A stretch of DNA of 35,198 bases. Origin: a virus. Lineage: Duplodnaviria > Caudoviricetes. Location of the stretch: positions 1-35,198 of the IMG/VR virus record IMGVR_UViG_3300017909_001110. One strand, written 5' to 3'. The notes beneath the pieces are model-generated. The model was not told where the DNA came from and ran no database searches. It was given only the letters and a program-made list of their open reading frames with translations. Below, piece after piece: positions 6,967 through 14,834 of this stretch. The number at the start of each line of letters is the position of its first letter. The first letter of the stretch is position 1. A program made the position numbers and the translations under genes.

Positions 6967-7555
6967 AGGCAAAGGTGATGCACTACTTAAGATAGTAGAA
7001 ATAATGCGAGCACTTGATGCACGAATGGAAATGCAACAGTTCGCAGTATTTTTATATGTAGGTAGACACAGTATGCCGAACAGAGGTGTAACGATGCAGG
7101 AGATAGGTGAAGCTTTAAACTTACCGCAATCAACTACATCAAGAAATGTTCTTAGACTTTCAGAGCACGCAGGTATCAATAGATACACTAAGCAACGCAA
7201 CGTAGGTCTTGGACTATTGACGACAGAAGAAGACCCGAATGAGTTAAGGCGCAAAGTTGTGTTCTTATCTAAGTCGGGTGCAAAAATCTATGACGAGCTA
7301 ATGCGATATACAAAAGCTGATGCAACAAAAGTAGCAAGCAGTATGTCAAAAGAAATGTTAGCTGACTTAGACATCAAACTGTCTCAATTAAAAGAAGCAC
7401 AACGCGAAACAGAAAACTTTCGTAAATCGTTTGAAGTAACATTAAAGAATGTACAAAACGAGATTATGAAAAAACGAATTGCTAGCGGTACTGTTTCTTC
7501 AAAACGTGCGCAAGGGAAAACTTTTGCGCGGACTACAACAAACAAAAACAGATAG
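6938..7555 (+). CDS. MarR-like winged-helix regulator with C-terminal coiled coil
   Basis: VTMQEIGEALNLPQSTTSRNVLRL HTH and EDPNELRRKVVFLSKSG wing; GGGAG RBS before ATG 6938. Confidence 0.85.
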   Translation: MPKGVIDLSEGKGDALLKIVEIMRALDARMEMQQFAVFLYVGRHSMPNRGVTMQEIGEALNLPQSTTSRNVLRLSEHAGINRYTKQRNVGLGLLTTEEDPNELRRKVVFLSKSGAKIYDELMRYTKADATKVASSMSKEMLADLDIKLSQLKEAQRETENFRKSFEVTLKNVQNEIMKKRIASGTVSSKRAQGKTFARTTTNKNR

Positions 7556-7562
7556 GAGGACT

Positions 7563-8477
7563 ATGGACATTGTTCCAATACGAACCAATCATAAATTATT
7601 AATGAGTGTACACGCACGAGTTAAGAAGGAAGGTTGGAATAAAACGCAGGCTCGACTTGCAGAGCGCGCAATAGAAGACCACATCGGTAACATTGAAGTT
7701 AGCGAAGTGACAACAGCTACAATAGATGAACTAAAGCAAAAACTTTTTGCTACAGGAGTAGCAGAAGGTACGATTGACCGTACAATGACATCTATAAGTA
7801 AGTTGTTAAAGTATGCTCATCGTAGGCACGAACTCTACGGTGACTTTAAAATGCCTTACATCGAATACTGTAATCCTGACAATGCAAGAGACAGGTATAT
7901 GTCGGAGGAGGAAGAGTTAGAAATGATTAAGTGGTACCAACACAAAGGTTGGAATGACTTGCTCGACTTCAATCTCTTTGCCTTAGACACAGGTATGAGA
8001 AAAGGTGAAGGTCTACGATTTAAAGTAAAACAAGTGCACTTGCACACAAACAAAGAGGGAAGAGAACGTATGTATGTACGGTTGCTAGGCAACACATCTA
8101 CTAAGAAACATCAACGTAGTGTTCCTCTGACTGACCGTGCAGCAGCAATTGTTACGTCTTTAATTAAAGACCGTGAACCAGAAGACGTAGTGTTTGACCT
8201 AAATTATTGGACAATCGGTACGCGCTTCGACCAAGTAAAAGCTTTGATGGGGCTAGAGGAAGACAAGCAATTTGTGTTTCACACTTTGCGTCATACTTAT
8301 GCGTCAAGGCTAGTACAACAAGGTGTAAACTTGTACACCGTTGGTCAATTAATGGGTCATACAAACCCACGAATGACACAACGTTACGCACACTTTGCAC
8401 CAGAGCACTTGCTCGATGCTGTTGATGTACTCAACAGTACAACTTCACCAATTGATAACGTAGATAGCATCATCTAG
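7563..8477 (+). CDS. int: Tyrosine integrase
   Basis: DTGMRKGE, FHTLRHTYAS, MGHTNPRMTQRY catalytic motifs; AGGAGG RBS before ATG 7563. Confidence 0.96.
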   Translation: MDIVPIRTNHKLLMSVHARVKKEGWNKTQARLAERAIEDHIGNIEVSEVTTATIDELKQKLFATGVAEGTIDRTMTSISKLLKYAHRRHELYGDFKMPYIEYCNPDNARDRYMSEEEELEMIKWYQHKGWNDLLDFNLFALDTGMRKGEGLRFKVKQVHLHTNKEGRERMYVRLLGNTSTKKHQRSVPLTDRAAAIVTSLIKDREPEDVVFDLNYWTIGTRFDQVKALMGLEEDKQFVFHTLRHTYASRLVQQGVNLYTVGQLMGHTNPRMTQRYAHFAPEHLLDAVDVLNSTTSPIDNVDSII

Positions 8478-8532
8478 CATTGTCCTATTGATAATCAATT
8501 GGTATAATTAAAAATGAAAACTCTCAGAAAAG

Positions 8533-8585
8533 TGGTGCCCCCACACGGACTTGAACCGCGAACCTATTGATTACAAATCAATTGC
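8533..8585 (-). mobile_element. attP: attP core: 3' half of tRNA-Thr(UGU)
   Basis: Minus strand GCAATTGATTTGTAATCAATAGGTTCGCGGTTCAAGTCCGTGTGGGGGCACCA = anticodon arm (TGT), T arm, acceptor 3' strand and CCA; no D arm or 5' acceptor strand; directly downstream of int. Confidence 0.92.
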
Positions 8586-8681
8586 ACGCAGTTTAGCGGT
8601 GTTGGGATATAAAAGCAAGTTGCTAGTTTCCCGTGAAACATTCTGAGAGTTTTCCTTAAACAACTTAAGGAGAACTACTTT

Positions 8682-11126
8682 ATGGTTAAAATTATCGAAA
8701 CACTTCCAACTTTTCAGCAACAATACAAGTCTGAAAAAGAAATGAAGGAGCTGGGAATACAGCGAACATCCAAAAGACGACAATCGCATATCGCAAGAGG
8801 CGAGGAAAGCGTCACATCTTATGGCAAGGTTATGGTAGCCAATACCATTAGACCCCTTGCAAAACTCATCAATGAATACTTATCAGGGCAGGCTGACAAA
8901 GAAGGCGGCAGACCTGAAATAGCATATTTAAGGCTAAGTGAGGTAGAACCTGAAATTTCTGCACTAATCACAGCCAAGCATATAATCAATACAATTACTC
9001 AACAAAAGCCATTTACAGGCACCTGTATAGCTTTAGGGGGCAAAATAGAAACAGAGGTATCTCTTAAGAACTTTAAGAACCTTAACCCTGAGCTTTACGA
9101 GGCAGTAAAGACTGACCTAGACAAGCGCAGTTGGCACTATGCTTACAAGAAGCGAAAGCTACGAGAGAGTGCCAAGCGAGGTTTTGTAGAGTGGACTGAA
9201 TGGAGCAAGACAGACAAGCTACACGTAGGCATACGTCTGGTTGAGCTTATGGTGACAGCTACAGGACTGATTGAGATAGGTCACGATGTCATCAAGAAGA
9301 AACGTACAAAGGTTATCAGAGGCACCGTCAAAACCCACGAATGGATTAAGAAACGTAATTCTTGGAATGACCTACTGAACCCAGAGTATATGCCATCAAC
9401 TGAAATACCTAAGCAATGGACAACACCAGAAGATGGAGGCTATTGGACTGAGGAGATGCCACAACTCGACCTTGTTAAAATCCGCAACAAGCGATTTAAG
9501 CAGGAGCTGGAGAACTTCCGTATGCCAGAGGTCTATCAGGCAATCAATACTATGCAGAACACAGCTTTTAGAATTAACAAGTTTGTTTTAGATGTGATGC
9601 AGTTTGCGTGGGATAACCAAAAGCATTGGGGTCAACTCAATACAGGCTACAAGATAGATATCCCAAACAAACCACACGATATCGATACAAACGAGAAAGC
9701 TCGTAAGGAGTGGAAGAAACAAGCTGCAATAATTAATACGCAGAATAAACGTATTGAGAGTAAAAGCAGGTTGTTTGCAAAGGTGCTCTATCTTGCAGAT
9801 AAACACAAAGATGAAGAGCATCTTTACTATCCGCTTCAGCTAGACTTTAGAAGCAGAGTTTACTGCGTGCCTGCTTTTTTAAATTATCAATCGGTGGGTG
9901 GCGCAAAAGCCTTGCTTGAGTTTGCAAACGGTAAGGCTATTACCAAAGAAAACAAAGGCGACTTTTGGCTTGCAGTACACGGCGCTAATATGTGGGGCGA
10001 AGACAAATGTTCTTTGGCTGACAGAGTGAAGTGGGTTGCAGAAAACGAAGAGTGGATTGTAGCTTGCGGTGAAGACCCAATAGCAAACTTACAATGGACT
10101 GATGCTGACGAAGCATATCAGTTTCTTGCTTTCTGCAATGAGTGGTATAGATACAAACAAGCAGGGGATGGGTTTATTTCTCATATACCTGTATCTGTCG
10201 ATGGCAGTTGCAATGGTTTACAGCTCTATTCGCTGATGCTACGGGATGAAAAAGCAGGTAAACTCGTAAACCTAACTGTCACCGATGAACCTCAAGACAT
10301 CTACCAAGTTATTGCTGACAATGTGATAGAAAGGCTTCGCCAAGATGCAACAGACGGCAAGCCATATGCACAAGCTTGGCTCAACTATGGTGTCAAACGT
10401 TCAACAACAAAGCGAAGCATTATGACAATCTGCTACGGCAGTACACGTTACAGTTGCACAGACTTTGTTAAGGAAGACTTGGAGAAGCGCAAGGAGAAGG
10501 GTGAGAACCATCCGTTTGAAAGCGATATGCTGAAGCCTTGTGTCTATCTAGCAAGTCTTATCTGGGATAGCATAGGCGACAACCTCAAGTCAGCAAGAGA
10601 GGGTATGGACTTTCTGCAAAACATAGCTCGGATTGTTTGTAGAGAGCAGTTGCCTATACATTGGATTAATCCTGTTGGGTTTCCAATCTATCAATCATAC
10701 CCAGAGGTCAAGTCAATGCGTGTCAAAGCAATGTTAATGGGTGAGGTTATCAAACCTCGTTTAAACACAGAGTTAGACACAACAGATAGAAGACGAATGA
10801 TAAATGGTGTAGCTGCAAACTTTGTGCACAGCCTAGATGCTGCTTGTATGATGATTACAGTAAACCTTGCACACGAAAAAGGATTAGTTAACTTTTGCAA
10901 TGTACACGACAGCTTTGGTACGACTGCTGCAGATGTACAAACGTTGAGTGATACTTTGCGTGATGCTTTTGTCAAAGTGTTTTCAGAAAACGATGTGCTT
11001 GAAGATTTTAAAAATGGAATATTAAATTTAGTTCCTGACAAGTACAAAGACAAACTGCCTAACGTTCCTACTAAAGGTAATCTTGATATTAATTTATTAA
11101 AACAAAGTGAGTTCTTCTTTGCTTAA
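8682..11126 (+). CDS. Single-subunit DNA-directed RNA polymerase (T7 gp1-like)
   Basis: DFRSRVY, VDGSCNGLQ (motif A), RSTTKRSIMTICYG (motif B), NFVHSLDA, NVHDSFGT (motif C), C-terminal FFFA. Confidence 0.98.
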   Translation: MVKIIETLPTFQQQYKSEKEMKELGIQRTSKRRQSHIARGEESVTSYGKVMVANTIRPLAKLINEYLSGQADKEGGRPEIAYLRLSEVEPEISALITAKHIINTITQQKPFTGTCIALGGKIETEVSLKNFKNLNPELYEAVKTDLDKRSWHYAYKKRKLRESAKRGFVEWTEWSKTDKLHVGIRLVELMVTATGLIEIGHDVIKKKRTKVIRGTVKTHEWIKKRNSWNDLLNPEYMPSTEIPKQWTTPEDGGYWTEEMPQLDLVKIRNKRFKQELENFRMPEVYQAINTMQNTAFRINKFVLDVMQFAWDNQKHWGQLNTGYKIDIPNKPHDIDTNEKARKEWKKQAAIINTQNKRIESKSRLFAKVLYLADKHKDEEHLYYPLQLDFRSRVYCVPAFLNYQSVGGAKALLEFANGKAITKENKGDFWLAVHGANMWGEDKCSLADRVKWVAENEEWIVACGEDPIANLQWTDADEAYQFLAFCNEWYRYKQAGDGFISHIPVSVDGSCNGLQLYSLMLRDEKAGKLVNLTVTDEPQDIYQVIADNVIERLRQDATDGKPYAQAWLNYGVKRSTTKRSIMTICYGSTRYSCTDFVKEDLEKRKEKGENHPFESDMLKPCVYLASLIWDSIGDNLKSAREGMDFLQNIARIVCREQLPIHWINPVGFPIYQSYPEVKSMRVKAMLMGEVIKPRLNTELDTTDRRRMINGVAANFVHSLDAACMMITVNLAHEKGLVNFCNVHDSFGTTAADVQTLSDTLRDAFVKVFSENDVLEDFKNGILNLVPDKYKDKLPNVPTKGNLDINLLKQSEFFFA

Positions 11127-11161
11127 GATTGCTTGAAAGTGCTATGCGATATCATCTAGTT

Positions 11162-11179
11162 TAGTGCCCCTATATGAAC
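11162..11179 (+). promoter_or_regulatory. Putative phage RNAP promoter (middle genes)
   Basis: TAGTGCCCCTATATGAAC, variant of AAGTACCCCTCTTAGAAG, directly after the RNAP gene. Confidence 0.6.
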
Positions 11180-11226
11180 TGAATTCTTTTTTCGGTTCGT
11201 AATTTTTAACTAGGAGATATCGTGTA

Positions 11227-11838
11227 ATGAAAAACAATCACGAACGAATTGTAACAGGCATTGGTGTAAGTCAGTATGCTTACTTAACATCACCTGATAC
11301 AAGGTTTGACGAAGTTGGACACTATAAGACTAATCTTATTATGTCTGGCGAAGACGCAGAAAATCTAAAACAAAAGATTGATGCAGCAATACAGAAAAGC
11401 ATTGCTCTTGCTAAAGAGAAGGCTAAAGGCAAAAACATAAAAACTGCTGCAGCTCCGTACGAAGACGACACTAACGATGACGGCGAAGCTACAGGTTCCA
11501 CAGTATTTAAGTTTAAGACTAAAGCTCAAATTACTACCAAGGATGGGAAGTTAATTCCCAACAGGGTTGCAATCTTTGACTCAAAAGGTACTCCGATGAC
11601 CGATTGCAATGTTTGGTCAGGTAGTGAAATGAAGGTAAGTGCAGAACTCGTTCCCTACTATACAGCTATGGTTGGAGCTGGTGTGTCGATGAGACTACGC
11701 GCAGTTCAAATCACTAAGCTTGTAGAAGGTGGGAGTGGTAATGCCAAAGGGTACGGCTTCGGAGAGGAGGAAGGCTATGAGCAATCCATATCTGAAACGC
11801 CAGCAGAAGAGGAGAGCCAACAAGCCTTTGACTTCTAA
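11227..11838 (+). CDS. ssb: Single-stranded DNA-binding protein (T7 gp2.5-like)
   Basis: YAYLTSPDTRF, FKFK, GSEMKV, GVSMRLRAVQI, acidic tail ending in F. Confidence 0.93.
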   Translation: MKNNHERIVTGIGVSQYAYLTSPDTRFDEVGHYKTNLIMSGEDAENLKQKIDAAIQKSIALAKEKAKGKNIKTAAAPYEDDTNDDGEATGSTVFKFKTKAQITTKDGKLIPNRVAIFDSKGTPMTDCNVWSGSEMKVSAELVPYYTAMVGAGVSMRLRAVQITKLVEGGSGNAKGYGFGEEEGYEQSISETPAEEESQQAFDF

Positions 11839-12214
11839 CGAAGTCGGCTTGAGGTATGGTTTCCGTTCTGGTTTAGAGGAACGGATAGCCACAGAGTTAG
11901 AGACAGAGAGTGTTGTGTTTGAATTTGAAGAGACCAAGTTGGAATATACGAAGCCTCAGAAGGTTCATACCTACACTCCTGACTTTTACTTACCAAAGCA
12001 AGAGATATTTATAGAGACTAAAGGACTGTTCACAAGTGCAGATAGACAGAAGATGAGACTTGTAAAAGAACAACATCCTGATTTAGACATCAGATTTATT
12101 TTTAATAATTCTAAATCACGTATCAGTAAGAAGTCCAAAACAACTTATGGTATGTGGTGTGATAAATACGGATTTCCTTTCGCTGATAAACACCTGCCAC
12201 AGGAGTGGTTATGA
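11777..12214 (+). CDS. Endonuclease I / Holliday junction resolvase (T7 gp3-like)
   Basis: FRSGLEERIA, YTPDF, IETKG, HPDLDIRFIF, TTYGMWC. Confidence 0.95.
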   Translation: MSNPYLKRQQKRRANKPLTSNEVGLRYGFRSGLEERIATELETESVVFEFEETKLEYTKPQKVHTYTPDFYLPKQEIFIETKGLFTSADRQKMRLVKEQHPDLDIRFIFNNSKSRISKKSKTTYGMWCDKYGFPFADKHLPQEWL

Positions 12215-12642
12215 GTAACAAAAGAATTAAGACAGATTTTATTGTCGTACATTCTTCTCAGACAACTCCTGAGCAGGACATCACGGCAAGAGATATCGAA
12301 GAGATGCATCGTAAAGATGGATTGTTAACAATTGGCTATCACAAAGTTATTAGACGTGATGGTACGATAGAAGACGGCAGAGATATTGACCTTGCAGGTA
12401 TTCACGTTGAAGCCAAGGGTGACGTATCAAATGCAAATTCAATAAGCATTTGTCTTATCGGCGGATTATCTATTACAGGTGAGCCTGATTGTAATTTTAC
12501 ACTAGCGCAGTTTAGAGCACTAAACGAGCTGTTGGTTGAATTGCAGGCTTATTATGGTAATGTCCTCGTTATCGGTCACAGAGATGTGTCTGATACTTCT
12601 TGTCCTAATTTTGAGATTTCAGAATTAGGCAAGTTTGTTTGA
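12211..12642 (+). CDS. N-acetylmuramoyl-L-alanine amidase (T7 gp3.5-like)
   Basis: IVVHSS, IGYH, EDGR, SISICLIGG, GHRD...SCPNF Zn ligands; T7 synteny. Confidence 0.92.
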   Translation: MSNKRIKTDFIVVHSSQTTPEQDITARDIEEMHRKDGLLTIGYHKVIRRDGTIEDGRDIDLAGIHVEAKGDVSNANSISICLIGGLSITGEPDCNFTLAQFRALNELLVELQAYYGNVLVIGHRDVSDTSCPNFEISELGKFV

Positions 12643-12644
12643 TT

Positions 12645-12684
12645 GAGCTCAGGGTTTGGTTAGCCTCCCTGAGCTCTTTTATTT
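12645..12684 (+). terminator. Hairpin: intrinsic terminator or RNase III site
   Basis: GAGCTCAGGG/CCCTGAGCTC 10-bp stem followed by TTTTATTT. Confidence 0.6.
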
Positions 12685-12720
12685 CCTACCTAAATATTTC
12701 AGCAAAAAATTTTATTAACA

Positions 12721-14298
12721 ATGACAGAAAGTAATTTTCTATATCACACGAGCTGTGACTCCTGCGGAAGCAGAGACAACGTTGCAGTTTACGATGATGG
12801 ACACACCTATTGCTTCGGCTGTCAGCACGTGACAAGGGAGAATGAATTGACACAATCACAACAAAAAGAAACCACAGGTTTTATTAATTATGATGTAAAT
12901 GAAATTGCATCACGCAAGATTGATTACAATACAGTACAGAAATTCAATTATGGTACGGGTGCGTACTTTGGTAGACCTTGCCAGATTGCAAACTACTACG
13001 ACAAAGATAGACAATTGGTTGCACAGAAACTTAGGTATCCATCAAAAGAGTTTCAATGGCTTGGTGATGTTAAGCAAGCAACGTTATTCGGTCAGCACTT
13101 ATGGCGTGAAAAAGGAAAGATGGTTGTTGTGACTGAAGGTGAGATTGATGCGTTGAGTGTATCCAAACTTTGGAACAATAAATATCCTGTAGTCAGTATT
13201 AAGACAGGTGCTGCAGGTGCAAAAAAAGATATTTCAAAAGAGCTTGAGTGGTTAGAGAGTTTTGACAGCGTGGTCTTGTGTTTTGACCAAGACGATGCAG
13301 GCAAAAAGGCAGCGAGTGAGTGTGCTAGATTGTTCTCCCCTAACAAGGCTAAGATTTGTTCGCTGCCACTAAAAGATGCAAACGAAATGCTGGTCGCAGG
13401 TAAATACAAAGAACTTACAGATTGTATTTGGTCAGCTAAACCATACAGACCAGACGGTATTGTATGTGGAACTGATATCTGGGATGTCATACAGCAAGAG
13501 GACAATTACGTTACTGTTAATTATCCGTTTGAAAGTTTAAATGTGAAGACACACGGCTTGCGCAAAGGTGAGCTGGTTACAATCACAGCAGGCTCAGGTG
13601 TTGGTAAAAGTTCTTTCTGCCGTCACGTTGCATTACACCTATTACAAAAAGATTTTAAAGTTGGATACATCGCACTTGAAGAAAGTATCAAACGCACCTC
13701 ACTCGGCATTATGGGAGTGAGCTTACATAAACCATTACATTTAACACGGGAAGGAGTAGAGGATGACACCTTACGACACACATATAATGCTACTGTGGGT
13801 AACGGTAACTTTTATTTGTATAATCACTTTGGTAGTACAGTTGCCGACAATCTTATTTCAAAGATTAGATACCTGGCTAAGGCTTGTGCAGTTGATTTTG
13901 TTATTCTTGACCACTTGCATATGGCTCTCAGCTCTTTGGGTGATGAGCACACAAACGATGAACGAAAGCTTATCGATTATACAGTTTCCGTTTTAAGAAC
14001 TTTAGTTGAAGAGACAGGTATTGGCTTGATACTTGTATCACACCTGAGACGAAGCGAAGGAGACAAAGGATGGGAAGATGGCAAGAGTGTAACAATGAAT
14101 GCACTCAGAGGTTCTGCATCCATCGGTCAACTAAGCGATATGATTATTTCAATGCAAAGAGATTTGCAGGCAGACGACAACACCACACAAGTAAATATTC
14201 TTAAGAATAGATTTAGTGGTGAGACAGGTCACGCGTGCGATTTGTTCTTTGATTTAAGTACAGGTTGCCTAAGTGAAATTACCAACAATGACTTCTGA
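12721..14298 (+). CDS. Primase-helicase (T7 gp4-like)
   Basis: Zn finger CDSC...YCFGC, TOPRIM TEGEIDA/FDQD, Walker A AGSGVGKS, ILDHL, LRGS, KNRFSGETG. Confidence 0.97.
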   Translation: MTESNFLYHTSCDSCGSRDNVAVYDDGHTYCFGCQHVTRENELTQSQQKETTGFINYDVNEIASRKIDYNTVQKFNYGTGAYFGRPCQIANYYDKDRQLVAQKLRYPSKEFQWLGDVKQATLFGQHLWREKGKMVVVTEGEIDALSVSKLWNNKYPVVSIKTGAAGAKKDISKELEWLESFDSVVLCFDQDDAGKKAASECARLFSPNKAKICSLPLKDANEMLVAGKYKELTDCIWSAKPYRPDGIVCGTDIWDVIQQEDNYVTVNYPFESLNVKTHGLRKGELVTITAGSGVGKSSFCRHVALHLLQKDFKVGYIALEESIKRTSLGIMGVSLHKPLHLTREGVEDDTLRHTYNATVGNGNFYLYNHFGSTVADNLISKIRYLAKACAVDFVILDHLHMALSSLGDEHTNDERKLIDYTVSVLRTLVEETGIGLILVSHLRRSEGDKGWEDGKSVTMNALRGSASIGQLSDMIISMQRDLQADDNTTQVNILKNRFSGETGHACDLFFDLSTGCLSEITNNDF

Positions 14299-14488
14299 AA
14301 CAATACAATGGACATCGTTAGTGATGGAGGCACTTGCACAAGCAACAAAGAACCCACACAAAACAATCACAATAGATGTGGCATCACTAGAAGCTTATGA
14401 ACTTATTGATAACGCAGTCTTTGCACTTATTGCAGAAGGCAACGAAGCTGCTTGGCGCATTCAAATTAAAAAACACACACTACATTAG
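14288..14488 (+). CDS. Hypothetical protein
   Basis: ATG 14288 overlapping helicase end; 66 aa filling the gap to the next RBS. Confidence 0.65.
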   Translation: MTSETIQWTSLVMEALAQATKNPHKTITIDVASLEAYELIDNAVFALIAEGNEAAWRIQIKKHTLH

Positions 14489-14495
14489 GAGTAAA

Positions 14496-14834
14496 ATGAA
14501 AAAATATAAATTACCAAACACAATCAAAGTGTCTTACCACACACTCAAGATAACTATGCTTGACCCTGTAGTAGCACTTGAGGTTGGAGACCAACAAGGC
14601 AGCTATGATGCAAGAGGTCAGAATATATTTCTTGATAGTGCAATCATAGAGGAAGGTGGAGCAAGAGCTGTAAGTCTTGTTCTTCACGAAACGTATCATT
14701 GTTGTTGGTACGTATTCAATTTGGACAAAGCAGAAGAGGAAAGAGCTGTAGATAGCTTTGCAAACTTTACAACAGAATTGTTATTACGAAACCCACAACT
14801 TAGGAATTGGATTAATCAAGAGTTATGCGTTTAG
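14496..14834 (+). CDS. HEXXH zincin-like metallopeptidase domain protein
   Basis: AGGAG RBS; SLVLHETYH followed by EEERAV. Confidence 0.7.
   Translation: MKKYKLPNTIKVSYHTLKITMLDPVVALEVGDQQGSYDARGQNIFLDSAIIEEGGARAVSLVLHETYHCCWYVFNLDKAEEERAVDSFANFTTELLLRNPQLRNWINQELCV

Noticed and set aside
8533-8620. Complete tRNA-Thr gene
   Set aside because: Similarity stops just beyond the anticodon arm; D arm and 5' acceptor strand are absent, so it is an attP core.
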